From assembly GCA_027391075.1 (NCBI GenBank), contig DAHYHI010000079.1:1-64000 (forward strand): a DNA stretch of 64,000 nucleotides. Reading direction: 5' to 3'. The notes beneath the pieces were generated by a model. It was not told where the DNA came from. It ran no database searches and saw only the letters and a program-made list of their open reading frames with translations. Numbering within the stretch: position 1 is the first letter of the stretch; each line of letters opens with the position of its first letter. The translations under genes and the position numbers were made by a program. Of the stretch, positions 1 through 10,703 are shown piece by piece. Origin of the DNA: Acidimicrobiaceae bacterium (lineage in GTDB: Bacteria > Actinomycetota > Acidimicrobiia > Acidimicrobiales > Palsa-688).

Positions 1-11
1 CAAGGCTGTCC

Positions 12-959
12 TCACAATCTGGTCGTGGAGGCGTGCTCGGCGACCGCCTTGGTCAAGGCGTTGACCTCTGCGAGCATCCAGGACTGGTAGTCGTAGCCTG
101 GGGTGGGCATGGTCTCGTAGACGCCGACGATCGGGATTCCCTCCTTCTTTGCGAGGCTTTCGAAGGAGGCCGTGAGCGGGTCGGTCACCTGCTGGTTGTA
201 GACGAACACTTTCAACTGGTGATCTCGCAAGAGGCTGTCCTCGAAGGTGACGTCCTCGGGGGAGGGGTCAGTGCCGTTCATGATGGCAGCCTGCAAGCTG
301 AACGGAGTTCGGATGTCGCACCCGGCGGCTTGGAGCATGTAGTCGCCAACCGGCTCGGTAACCGCAACGGGCGTGGCTCCGTAGCGTGCCTTGAACGAGG
401 CGAGCGCCTCGAGCCACGGGTCGAGGGACTTGTCGAACGATCCTACCTGCGCTTCGAAAAAGGCCCGATGGGCGGGTTCGAGATCCGACATGTCGGCTGC
501 GACAGCCTTGGCGACAGCCGGCATTGTCGACGGGTCGTACCACAGGTGCGGGTTAGGTGTTGAGTCGGGGAGCCCAAGGAGGTCGGCGACGTCGACCACC
601 TTTCGTTTGGGGTTTGGCGCTGCCGCCATGATCTTCTTAGCCCACGTGTCATAGCCGAGGCCGTTACGCACGACGAGGTCAGCCCCGGCGATCTCGGCAG
701 CGACCGAGGTGCTGGCCTCAAAGGTATGGGGATCAGTGTTCGGGTTGGACTCTAAAGCAGCAACCGACACGTATGGACCCCCGATCTGGCTGATCACGTT
801 CGCGTACTCGTTCTCGGCGCCAACAGCCTTGACGACGCCGTCCTTTGGGGCAGCGCTTGAGCCGGTCCCTCCGCAGGCGGCGAACCCGAGGGTTCCCGCG
901 CACAGCGCTGCTATCGCTGCGAGCCCTCTCCTGTAGAGGCCTGTTCGTTCCATACGCAT
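12..959 (-). CDS. metal (Zn/Mn) ABC-transporter substrate-binding lipoprotein, TroA/ZnuA-like
   Basis: 315 aa ORF; N-terminal lipoprotein signal with lipobox (LCAGTLGFAAC); cluster A-I SBP-like layout; divergently paired with a Fur-family regulator. Confidence 0.75.
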   Translation of the reverse strand: MRMERTGLYRRGLAAIAALCAGTLGFAACGGTGSSAAPKDGVVKAVGAENEYANVISQIGGPYVSVAALESNPNTDPHTFEASTSVAAEIAGADLVVRNGLGYDTWAKKIMAAAPNPKRKVVDVADLLGLPDSTPNPHLWYDPSTMPAVAKAVAADMSDLEPAHRAFFEAQVGSFDKSLDPWLEALASFKARYGATPVAVTEPVGDYMLQAAGCDIRTPFSLQAAIMNGTDPSPEDVTFEDSLLRDHQLKVFVYNQQVTDPLTASFESLAKKEGIPIVGVYETMPTPGYDYQSWMLAEVNALTKAVAEHASTTRL

Positions 960-1068
960 CTCCTTGAATGATGTGCAATCTACATATTGAGAGTAAGTAT
1001 CATATACAGATCAGGACCCGTCAAGTTGGCTGGCGCCGGTGAAGTCTCGCTTGTGATACCCTACGTGG
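960..1068. promoter_or_regulatory. divergent promoter/operator region between znuA-like and zur-like genes; AT-rich island, candidate Zur box
   Basis: 109 bp intergenic stretch, locally AT-rich (tgatgtgcaatctacatattgagagtaagtatcatatacagatca) in an otherwise about 70% GC window; sits between two divergent starts. Confidence 0.35.
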
Positions 1069-1500
1069 ATGGCGAGTGAAACGGTAAGAGACCGCATACT
1101 TGCTGCTGGGGAGAGGATCACCCCTCAACGCGACCTGATTGCGGGCGTGCTCGAGACGGCTCCTCGGCCGCTTAGTGCTTCAGGTCTCTATGAGGCTGTG
1201 GCGCGCCTCGATCCGGGGATAGGCCGGGCGACGGTGTTTCGGACGGTAGCAGCGCTTGAGCGTGCAGGTATCGTCGAGCAGCTGTCGCTACCCGGTGAGC
1301 GCTCCGGTTACCTGCTTTGCGCCACCGTAGGCCATCACCATCACCTCGTCTGCCAGCGATGTGGCAAGGTGTCAGATCTGCCCGAGGAGACGGTCGGGCC
1401 CTTTTTCGCGACGATCGAGTCCGATCACGGCTTTAGCGTCGACCATGCGAGCTTCAGCGTCTACGGCACCTGCGCAGGGTGCTCGGCTCGACTTGTTTAA
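1069..1500 (+). CDS. zur: Fur-family transcriptional regulator, probably zinc uptake regulator Zur
   Basis: 143 aa; HHHH stretch followed by CxxC (VGHHHHLVCQRCG) and C-terminal CxxC (CAGCS); adjacent and divergent to a metal SBP. Confidence 0.75.
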   Translation: MASETVRDRILAAGERITPQRDLIAGVLETAPRPLSASGLYEAVARLDPGIGRATVFRTVAALERAGIVEQLSLPGERSGYLLCATVGHHHHLVCQRCGKVSDLPEETVGPFFATIESDHGFSVDHASFSVYGTCAGCSARLV

Positions 1501-1521
1501 AGGTCCGTCGTAGGTCCTCGG

Positions 1522-2091
1522 TCAAGGTCGCCCGCGGGCCTGATACACCCGCTCGGCGAAAGCTTCCAGCATTTGAGTGCAGTCCTTCAGGCGCCGCTCG
1601 CCCTGAGACGCACCAGGAGTACCAAAAACGTCCTTGGCCCGCAGGTCCCGGTACCACCGGCGAAGCCGGTCGACGTTGTGCTCCTCTTCGTCGAGCTCGG
1701 CCAGCGTGAACTTCTGCTTGTCTATCTCGCTGGTCAACTCCGCCTCGGCTTTGTCGCACTCGGCGCAGAACTCGACCCACTCGGCCTCACGTTCAGCGGT
1801 GAAAAGCGCCTCCAGCGCTGCGAGGGTGTCCTCCGATGCGGACACGTCGAAGCACAGCGCTTGACCGCCCGAGCGCCTTACGAGGGACACGGCTCGCTCG
1901 ATGCCCTCGTCGAAGCGGTCGCCGGCAGGGATCGCCCAAGTAGCGGACTGCAAGGCCACCGCCCCTACGCGGCGCAGCTCCCGCCATACCGCCACCGGAT
2001 CGCGTGACTGGTCTCCGGTCAGCCGGTAGGTGAGGATACGCCAACTCATGTAACAGACGCTACATCCTCCCTGAGAGATGTCCGCTACCAT
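1522..2091 (-). CDS. ChrB-domain protein (chromate-resistance ChrB N-terminal-like)
   Basis: motif MSWRILTYRL...DPVAVWRELRRVGAV...ATWAIP matches the ChrB N-terminal W-L-Y-P-R-VWR-L-GA signature; true start may be the internal Met at 2049. Confidence 0.5.
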   Translation of the reverse strand: MVADISQGGCSVCYMSWRILTYRLTGDQSRDPVAVWRELRRVGAVALQSATWAIPAGDRFDEGIERAVSLVRRSGGQALCFDVSASEDTLAALEALFTAEREAEWVEFCAECDKAEAELTSEIDKQKFTLAELDEEEHNVDRLRRWYRDLRAKDVFGTPGASQGERRLKDCTQMLEAFAERVYQARGRP

Positions 2092-2157
2092 TTTGGAGTC
2101 TACTGTTCACCCCTAGGCAACCTTCCGTTAACCGGGTTACAGCCGGAGAAAGCTCCT

Positions 2158-2937
2158 GTGGAACGTCTCGTCGCCACCGCATTTCCATCTCAGACCCCGC
2201 CGGAGGCCCTCACCGGAGTTCCCGTGCTGGCACCCAAAGGTCTTAACAACTCTGTCTACTTGGGCCTCAACCACCTCTCCCGACAGACACCTTGGGCCCA
2301 CGGATTCATGCACGGCTACGCACTGTGGCTGGGGCCAGTACTTCTCGCCATCATTTTCGTAGTCGCCTACTGCGTGGCCTGGTGGCAGAGGTCCTCACAC
2401 GCCACGACACTCTTAGCCTTGGGAGGCATCGGCACCGTCGCGGCGCTCGGCCTCAACCAGCTCGTCGGTCACGCCGCCAAAGAGCTGCGTCCTTACGTGT
2501 CCCATCCTCAAGCCCTCGTGCTGGTAGCAAAGTCGAACGACTATGCGTTCCCCTCCGACCACTCGGTCCTCGCCGGTGGTCTGACAGTATCGATCCTTCT
2601 TGCGCTTTACGTGGGTTCCAGTCTTCGACTCCACGCCAAAGGCGGCTTTGGTGGTGCGTCAGTGCCAACCAGGCGAGCGGTCCGAGCGCTGCGCGTCTTG
2701 GCGGCAACGAGCCTCGTTCTCGGCCTGTTCCTGTGCTTCGCGCGTGTGTACGTAGGGGCCCACTATCCAGGTGACGTGGTGGCGGGCTACCTGCTGGGGG
2801 CTGTAACAGTCGTCGCAGTAGGCCTCCTGCGTCCAGTCGCCTTCCTGGCCGTTGACGCCGTCGACGCAACGGTGGTCGGAAACCTGTTCCGTAGACCGCC
2901 AACTGAGCTTTCGCGGGTTCGCTCGACGAACTCCTGA
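2158..2937 (+). CDS. PAP2-superfamily phosphatase (integral membrane)
   Basis: 259 aa, multiple TM helices; PAP2 motifs KELRPY, PSDHS, RVYVGAHYPGDV. Confidence 0.8.
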   Translation: MERLVATAFPSQTPPEALTGVPVLAPKGLNNSVYLGLNHLSRQTPWAHGFMHGYALWLGPVLLAIIFVVAYCVAWWQRSSHATTLLALGGIGTVAALGLNQLVGHAAKELRPYVSHPQALVLVAKSNDYAFPSDHSVLAGGLTVSILLALYVGSSLRLHAKGGFGGASVPTRRAVRALRVLAATSLVLGLFLCFARVYVGAHYPGDVVAGYLLGAVTVVAVGLLRPVAFLAVDAVDATVVGNLFRRPPTELSRVRSTNS

Positions 2938-3050
2938 ACGGCTGAGAGGCTGGGGGTAATGCTGCTCGGTGGTATTCCTTGAGAATTATCTTCACCATCT
3001 TCCAGTTGATGGCGACGAAACGGTTTTCGGGGCCGGCTGGGAAGGGGCTC

Positions 3051-4580
3051 TTAAAGCCACTCGGCGAGAGGTCCTGCGCAGACGCGCCTCCATTCGGCCG
3101 GCCAGCGCCTGCGCAGCTTGGAGCGCTGTCTTCGTTCGGCGGCGATCAACAAGCCCGCCGCCACGCCCGCCGGCGGTGTCCGCTCCGCGGCATCTCGCAG
3201 CCAGGTTTCGGCGACCACACTGTCGTTGTAGTCGCCCAGAAAGCTCTGTATTTCGCCGAGTGCCACCGCGAGCGCACCAAGGTGGCGGTGCGCTAGAGGA
3301 GCTACGGCTTCGGTCGCATACCGAGCACGCTTGGCAAAGATGCGGACGCTATGCAGTTGGGAGTCCGACGGCTCGTTGCCGAGACGCTCCACCGCCGCGG
3401 CAAGGTCTCTAACGGATCGTCGCACGATCTGCTTCGCCATCTGGGAGGGGTCCGTGCCGGATAGCGTCTGGCTGGGGCGTAGCGGCGGGGAAGAGCACAG
3501 CTCTACCAGTACGTCGAGGATCTCCAGGTAGCGGGGGGATCTCAAGGCTTCGAGAAGGGCGTCCCGCGCGACGCCTCGCTGGGCGTCGAGCACGCCTAGG
3601 AGGGCAGGTCCCTGCCGGCTATCGTCCCCGCCGAGTGCCTTGACGTCACGGGACAGCCGGTCGGCGAGGACGTCAAGGTCGCGCGCTGCTCCCACCACGT
3701 CGCAGAGCCAGCCGATCTCGCGCCGGATTTGCGCGACCGCCGGTTTGTCGAGGATGGGTGCGAAGGTTCGCAGATCGGAGCGCAGCCGCCGTGTGCCGAC
3801 GCGCAGCTGGTGGACGTCTTCCGGGCAGCCGCCCAGGCGCACGCCGGGGTCGTGACCGACAACTGCCAGCACCGAAAAGGCCAAGGCGTGCCCGATGACG
3901 TCGGCGACGCCAGGGCTGCGACCGAGCGCCGGTACGGCAACATCAGCTGGTATCGCCGCTTGCGGGCCGAGAGCTCGCATCAACTTTGGGGTAGGGGTCT
4001 CCGCTCGGCAGCCGGCCTCGACGAGCCTGTCGACCGCCGCGTCGAGTAGCCGGCGGGCTCGACGCCCGGTGACGTAGACCTCGACTTCGACCTCGCGGAA
4101 CGTGGCGAGCTTGCGCCCAGTCGAGGTCGCCGACACGGTGTCATCCACCACTTCAGCCACGACCCGGCCGCGGGCGTCGAGGATCTCGACGGGGCGCCGG
4201 AGCGTGGACATCTCGCATACCGGCCCGAGGATCTGGCCCCGCGATATGGCAGTGACGAGGTCGACAGCCGAATCCGGGACCTGATCTGGCGGGCCTTCGA
4301 GGTCGATCTCGGTTCGACTCAAGGAGCTTCTCTGGCGCATGCGGGGTAGTTTTAAGGTCCAACCCGACCGGCCTTCCCCGCTTCGGTAGCGAAGGGTTGA
4401 CCCCGAACGCGCTAAGCGAAGATCGGCTGTGTCGTAGTAGCGAGCGTCGAGGGTGACGACTGCGGCGGGTTTTGCTTCACAGCCTCTCAGTAATCCCGAC
4501 AGCTCCGGCAGGACGAACCCGTCCGGCGCGAGCAGCTTCGCTTCGACCTCGACCGCCACCACAGGGCCGGGTTGAGCCAC
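3051..4580 (-). CDS. CYTH and CHAD domain-containing protein
   Basis: 509 aa; N-terminal CYTH-like (EVEAKLL...TLDARYYDTADLRLARSGSTLRYR), C-terminal helical His-rich CHAD-like region. Confidence 0.65.
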   Translation of the reverse strand: MAQPGPVVAVEVEAKLLAPDGFVLPELSGLLRGCEAKPAAVVTLDARYYDTADLRLARSGSTLRYRSGEGRSGWTLKLPRMRQRSSLSRTEIDLEGPPDQVPDSAVDLVTAISRGQILGPVCEMSTLRRPVEILDARGRVVAEVVDDTVSATSTGRKLATFREVEVEVYVTGRRARRLLDAAVDRLVEAGCRAETPTPKLMRALGPQAAIPADVAVPALGRSPGVADVIGHALAFSVLAVVGHDPGVRLGGCPEDVHQLRVGTRRLRSDLRTFAPILDKPAVAQIRREIGWLCDVVGAARDLDVLADRLSRDVKALGGDDSRQGPALLGVLDAQRGVARDALLEALRSPRYLEILDVLVELCSSPPLRPSQTLSGTDPSQMAKQIVRRSVRDLAAAVERLGNEPSDSQLHSVRIFAKRARYATEAVAPLAHRHLGALAVALGEIQSFLGDYNDSVVAETWLRDAAERTPPAGVAAGLLIAAERRQRSKLRRRWPAEWRRVCAGPLAEWL

Positions 4581-4667
4581 AATTTCAGTGTACGCCGAGA
4601 GCGACCGGTCGCGCGGCGTGACGGCTGAGGCGGCTATGCGGGCTCCGGGCGCGCGAGACTTCGGGAT

Positions 4668-4982
4668 GTGAGAGCGCTGAGCGATGCCGAGATAGCCGAA
4701 GCGAACCTAGCCGGATGGACTCATACGAGCGGCGCTCTGAGGGTAAGTTTCGCCGTGCCCGACTACGAGACAGCAGCAAGGTTCATCACCGACGTCGCAC
4801 ACTTGGCTGAGACAGCCAACCACCACCCCGACCTGTCGCTGCGCTACGGAGTCTTAGACGTCGTGTTGCGCACTCACCACCGCGACCTCGGAGTGACCGA
4901 CCTGGACGTCGACATGGCAGGGCAAATCGCCGTCTTGGCGGCTGCCCATCGTCTCGAAGTCCGCCGTCGGGAGGATTGCTAA
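4668..4982 (+). CDS. 4a-hydroxytetrahydrobiopterin (pterin-4a-carbinolamine) dehydratase
   Basis: 104 aa; conserved E-x-A-x-HHPD core (AETANHHPDLSLRYGVLDV). Confidence 0.8.
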   Translation: MRALSDAEIAEANLAGWTHTSGALRVSFAVPDYETAARFITDVAHLAETANHHPDLSLRYGVLDVVLRTHHRDLGVTDLDVDMAGQIAVLAAAHRLEVRRREDC

Positions 4983-4991
4983 GGTTCGAAG

Positions 4992-6494
4992 GTGCCCGGA
5001 CTCGACGAGAGCTTCTTGGAGCTGCCGTTAAGCGGCGTTTGCGAAGCGGCGCTCGGTCGGGCCCGTCAGCTCGGCTGCGCCCACGCCGAGGTGCGGGTCG
5101 AGCGCATCAGGACTCAGTACGTCGCTGTCAGAGACGGGGCTTTGGAGACCTCGCTCGACGACACCGAGATCGGTATCGGAGTCCGGGTCTTCCACCAAGG
5201 CAGCGTCGGCTTCGCCGCCGCCGCTTCCGTGTCAGTCGAAGAGGCGGTTCGTCTCGCTGGGGAGGCCGTCGAGCTTGCTAAGGTCGTCTCCCTTGCACTC
5301 GGGGGGCCGGTGCAGCTTTCGCCTGAACCGGTCTGGGCTGACGCCGTGTGGGTGGCACCATACGAGAGCGACCCGACGCGGGTACCTCTCGCCGACAAAG
5401 TGGATCTTCTCGCGTCCTGGACGTCGGGGCTGATCTCTTCGCCCGGCGTCGACCACGCAACCGGATCGGTCACAGCCGTCTGCGAGGACAAATACTACGC
5501 CGACATGGCAGGCACCTCGACCCTTCAACGGAGGGTCCGCGTCCACCCCGTGGTGGAAGCAGTTTCCCTCGGCGGTCCCGGCGGCTTCGAGACCATGCGA
5601 ACGGTCGCACCGCCGATGGCCAGAGGCTGGGAAGGACTGCTCGGAGCCGGCTGCGACATCGCCGGCGAGGTAGACGCGCTGCCCGAACTGCTACGCGAAC
5701 GGCTAGCCGCTCCGTCCGTCGAACCGGGACGTTACAACCTGGTGGTGGACCCGACCAACCTGTGGCTGACAATCCACGAGTCGATCGGCCACGCCACCGA
5801 GCTCGACAGGGCCCTCGGGTACGAGGCGGCCTACGCCGGGACGTCGTTCGCTCGCCCGGAGATGGTCGGCGACCTTCGCTACGGGTCCGAGCTAATGAAC
5901 GTGGTCGGTGACCGTACACGGCCCTACGGGTTGGCGACAGTCGGCTTCGACGACGAGGGCGTCGCAGCGCAGTCTTTCGACATTGTCCGCGACGGCGTCC
6001 TGGTCGGATTCCAACTGGACAGGCGAATAGCTGCAGCGGCAGGCCAGGAGCGCTCCAACGGCTGCGCCTTCGCGGACTCGCCTTTGCACGCGCCTCTCCA
6101 GCGCATGGCGAACGTGTCACTGCTCAGCGCCCCGGGCGGCCCGAGCACCGAGGAGCTTATCGACGGGTGCGGCGACGGCATCTACGTGGTAGGGGATAAG
6201 AGCTGGTCCATCGACATGCAAAGGCACAACTTCCAGTTCACCGGTCAGCGCTTCTACGCGATCCGCTCTGGACGCCTCGCCGGCCAGTTACGTGATGTCG
6301 CGTACCAGGCGACCACCACGGAGTTCTGGGGGTCCATGGACGGGGTCGGCGGGGAGGGGACCGTGGTGCTCGGCGGAGCGTTCAACTGCGGCAAGGGCCA
6401 GCCCGGGCAGGTCGCCCCGGTCGGCCATGCGTGTCCCTCGGCCAGGTTCTGTAACGTCAACGTGCTGAACGTCCGTCACGAGTCCGGCCGTTGA
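4992..6494 (+). CDS. tldD: TldD-family metallopeptidase
   Basis: 500 aa; HESIGHATE (HExxxH) motif and Gly-rich C-terminal region typical of TldD; translationally coupled to a PmbA/TldE-like gene. Confidence 0.8.
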   Translation: MPGLDESFLELPLSGVCEAALGRARQLGCAHAEVRVERIRTQYVAVRDGALETSLDDTEIGIGVRVFHQGSVGFAAAASVSVEEAVRLAGEAVELAKVVSLALGGPVQLSPEPVWADAVWVAPYESDPTRVPLADKVDLLASWTSGLISSPGVDHATGSVTAVCEDKYYADMAGTSTLQRRVRVHPVVEAVSLGGPGGFETMRTVAPPMARGWEGLLGAGCDIAGEVDALPELLRERLAAPSVEPGRYNLVVDPTNLWLTIHESIGHATELDRALGYEAAYAGTSFARPEMVGDLRYGSELMNVVGDRTRPYGLATVGFDDEGVAAQSFDIVRDGVLVGFQLDRRIAAAAGQERSNGCAFADSPLHAPLQRMANVSLLSAPGGPSTEELIDGCGDGIYVVGDKSWSIDMQRHNFQFTGQRFYAIRSGRLAGQLRDVAYQATTTEFWGSMDGVGGEGTVVLGGAFNCGKGQPGQVAPVGHACPSARFCNVNVLNVRHESGR

Positions 6495-7876
6495 GCACCT
6501 CCCAAGAGCCAGCTGCGGCTGTCGCGCAGCGGATCCTCGAAGGCGCCGGCGGTGAAGCCTGCGTCTTGGTGGACGATATGAGCGAGGTGGACGTCCGCTT
6601 CGCCAACAATACGATCACCTCCGACGGCCGGCGAAGGCTCAGGCGGGTCAGCGTCGTTCGCTACGTGGACGTGCCCGGCGGACGCTCCGCGGGTTCGGCG
6701 TCCGCCACAGGCGACGTGGACGTCGAAGCGCTCCTCGGTGCAGCGGAACTAGACGCGCTAAGCGCCGCCCCTGCCGACGACGCCGCGGGGCTGCTCGACG
6801 GCGGCCAAGACGGCGACGCCTATCTTCCGGCGCCCGAGGTGGAGCCGTCGAGCCTTTCGGCGCTGTTAGGCGAGCTGGGAGACGTGCTGCGTCGCTCGGC
6901 GACCCAGCGTCGCGTTGCAGCGGGTTTCGTCGAGGGGAGCGTAGTGACGACGACGGTCGCGTCGACGGCGGGGACAATGCGCCGTCACGTGACTCCCACA
7001 GCAAAAGTTCAGCTGACGCTGCGTGACATTTCGACGGGCGCGTCCGTGTGGGCCGGAAGCGGAGCTGGCTCGATGGCAGGGCTTTCCCTAGCCGAGCTCG
7101 AAGCGTCGCTCGACGTCCGGCTCGGCTGGTCCACGCGCAGGATCGACCTCCCCGCAGGGCGCTACCGGACGATCCTGCCACCCGACGCCGTCGCCGACAT
7201 GGTTCCACTCGCCGCTCAGGCCGCCAGCGGTCGCGATGCCATGGAGGGACACAACGTCTACTCGGCGTCGGGTTCGCAAACCAGGATCGGCCAGCGCCTC
7301 TTCGACGTGCCGTTCAACTTGCGCACTGACCCTGAAGAGCCGGGCTTGGAGGCGATCCCTTTCGTCGCCGCGAGAGCTTCGAGCGGGGACGTCTCAGTAT
7401 TCGACAACGGTGCTCTGATAGGACGGCAGACTTTCGTCGAGGACGGCATCCTGAGACGGCTCTTGTGGAGCCGCGCTGGCGCTGCGAGAGCCGGAGCGCA
7501 GGCGACGTTCCCCGGCGACAACTTGATTTTGGAACTTCCCGGTTCGGCCTCCTCGACACGGGACCTGATCTCCGGTACCGACCGGGCGCTGCTAGTAACT
7601 TGCCTCTGGTACATCAGGGAGGTGGATCCCGCGACCCTTCTGCTCACCGGTTTGACACGAGACGGCGTGTATCTGGTGGAGGCGGGTGAGGTCGTAGCGG
7701 CTGTCAACAACTTCCGTTTCAACGAGAGCCCCCTCGACGTGCTGGCCCGGGTCAGCGCCACCGGCCGGACGGAGAGGGCGTTGTCGAGGGAGTGGAACGA
7801 GTGGTTCCCCCGCACCGCGATGCCCGGGCTCGTCGTCGAGGACTTCAACTTCTCGTCTGTGAGTCCTGCTACCTGA
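6491..7876 (+). CDS. TldE/PmbA-family protein (TldD partner, lacks HExxxH)
   Basis: 461 aa; PmbA/TldD fold-like C-terminal region; 4-nt start/stop overlap (ATGA) with tldD. Confidence 0.7.
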   Translation: MSTSQEPAAAVAQRILEGAGGEACVLVDDMSEVDVRFANNTITSDGRRRLRRVSVVRYVDVPGGRSAGSASATGDVDVEALLGAAELDALSAAPADDAAGLLDGGQDGDAYLPAPEVEPSSLSALLGELGDVLRRSATQRRVAAGFVEGSVVTTTVASTAGTMRRHVTPTAKVQLTLRDISTGASVWAGSGAGSMAGLSLAELEASLDVRLGWSTRRIDLPAGRYRTILPPDAVADMVPLAAQAASGRDAMEGHNVYSASGSQTRIGQRLFDVPFNLRTDPEEPGLEAIPFVAARASSGDVSVFDNGALIGRQTFVEDGILRRLLWSRAGAARAGAQATFPGDNLILELPGSASSTRDLISGTDRALLVTCLWYIREVDPATLLLTGLTRDGVYLVEAGEVVAAVNNFRFNESPLDVLARVSATGRTERALSREWNEWFPRTAMPGLVVEDFNFSSVSPAT

Positions 7877-7893
7877 AAGCCCCGCGAATGCTG

Positions 7894-8991
7894 TCAGGCT
7901 GCGAGCCAGGACAGGAGCATTCTCTCAAAACGCTGTCCGTCCCAGTCGTACACGGGATGGCGCGGCAGCAAGAGCCGGCTCGTAGCCGAGGTGAGCGGGT
8001 CGTCGATCGTGGTGGATGCCGATGAGAAGCCGGCCCGGCGTACCGACCTTGTAGCGGAGCGGTCGAAGGAGATTCTCGTCCCGAACGGATAGGCGAAGTC
8101 GCGCACTGCGACGCCGGTGACGTCCTCAAGGTCGGATTTGCTACCTTTTACTTCGAAGTCGAGTTCGTCGTCGCTCAGACCTGACAGCCACGAGTGAGTT
8201 CTCGTATGAGCTCCCAAGCTGAACAGGTCGCTTCGAGCCATGGCACGCAGCTCCTCCCGATTGAGCATCCTGCGCTCGACGCTAGGGACGTCACCTCCGA
8301 AGTGCTCCTCCAGGGCGGACATCGCCAGGGCTATTACCGAGGGGTGCATTGGCGTCAGCCGGTCGTGCGCAACGGCGAGGGCCGCATCCCGACTAGCGTC
8401 GTTTGGAGTGTCAACGCTGATAGCGCCAGCGGGGGTGTCCACGAAGAGCCGCTCAGAGCGAGGCTCGCCGAGACGGAACAGCTCTTCCAAGCGAAGGGGC
8501 CAAAGCGGCTTGTCGGATGCGATCGAACCCGTGGTCACGTACACCGTCGCGGGGACACCGGCTCGTTCGAGGATCGGTCCGCCGGCGTGGAGGTTGTCGG
8601 CGTAACCATCGTCGAAGGTCACGGCCACTCTGGCCCGTCTGGATACCCCCCCGCGTCTGACTACCTCGGCGAGCGGTGCTGGATCCGCGTGACGTCGAAC
8701 CACGTCTAGGTGCTCGTCGAAGTGCTCGGGGGTGACGCAAAGCCGAAATGGGTCGTAGGGGTCCGTGGCGATCCTGTGGTATAGCAGTATGACAGTGCCG
8801 TCGGGACGAACGGCGCTGGGCGGGGCGGGCGGTGGTTGCAGAGACCCGGTGTCGCGGGGGGCCGTTGAAGCCTTGGCGGCCAGCATCGCGGCAGGGAGAA
8901 CCCTGCGAAGGCGCGCTTCGATAGGCTCGGGTAGTCGTCTCAGATGGGGGATCAAGCGTCTCCTTGCGGTGCCCCAATGCCCTTCGCTCAT
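7894..8991 (-). CDS. polysaccharide deacetylase (NodB homology domain)
   Basis: VAVTFDDGYADN motif and downstream His-containing NodB motifs; start codon uncertain. Confidence 0.7.
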   Translation of the reverse strand: MSEGHWGTARRRLIPHLRRLPEPIEARLRRVLPAAMLAAKASTAPRDTGSLQPPPAPPSAVRPDGTVILLYHRIATDPYDPFRLCVTPEHFDEHLDVVRRHADPAPLAEVVRRGGVSRRARVAVTFDDGYADNLHAGGPILERAGVPATVYVTTGSIASDKPLWPLRLEELFRLGEPRSERLFVDTPAGAISVDTPNDASRDAALAVAHDRLTPMHPSVIALAMSALEEHFGGDVPSVERRMLNREELRAMARSDLFSLGAHTRTHSWLSGLSDDELDFEVKGSKSDLEDVTGVAVRDFAYPFGTRISFDRSATRSVRRAGFSSASTTIDDPLTSATSRLLLPRHPVYDWDGQRFERMLLSWLAA

Positions 8992-9212
8992 CGACTGTGA
9001 CCTTTCTCGCCGGCTTGCGCCGGTGAAGCACGCTCCGCAACCCTGTTGTGGACTTGAAGGGATTTCGACATCGAATCGGGCTGGCTTGAAACAAGGGCAG
9101 TTGAAGTCTGACGGGCCGGCTAGGAAGCGTAAAATCCGAAACGGATGTCAGCAAACTTCGATAGCTATGAATGCCCCACGGTGCCTAAGGTACATTCTGC
9201 TGTTCGCTATGG

Positions 9213-10637
<1,425 letters not shown>

Positions 10638-10703
10638 CTACCTTACCGTCGGCGCGCACGGCCGACGCTCGACCTACGAGGTGGGCCGTGAGCCGATGTC
10701 ATA

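Noticed and set aside
5470-6120. 216-aa Arg-rich minus-strand ORF and several similar ORFs inside tldD/tldE
   Set aside because: Shadow ORFs inside strongly supported TldD/TldE coding sequence.
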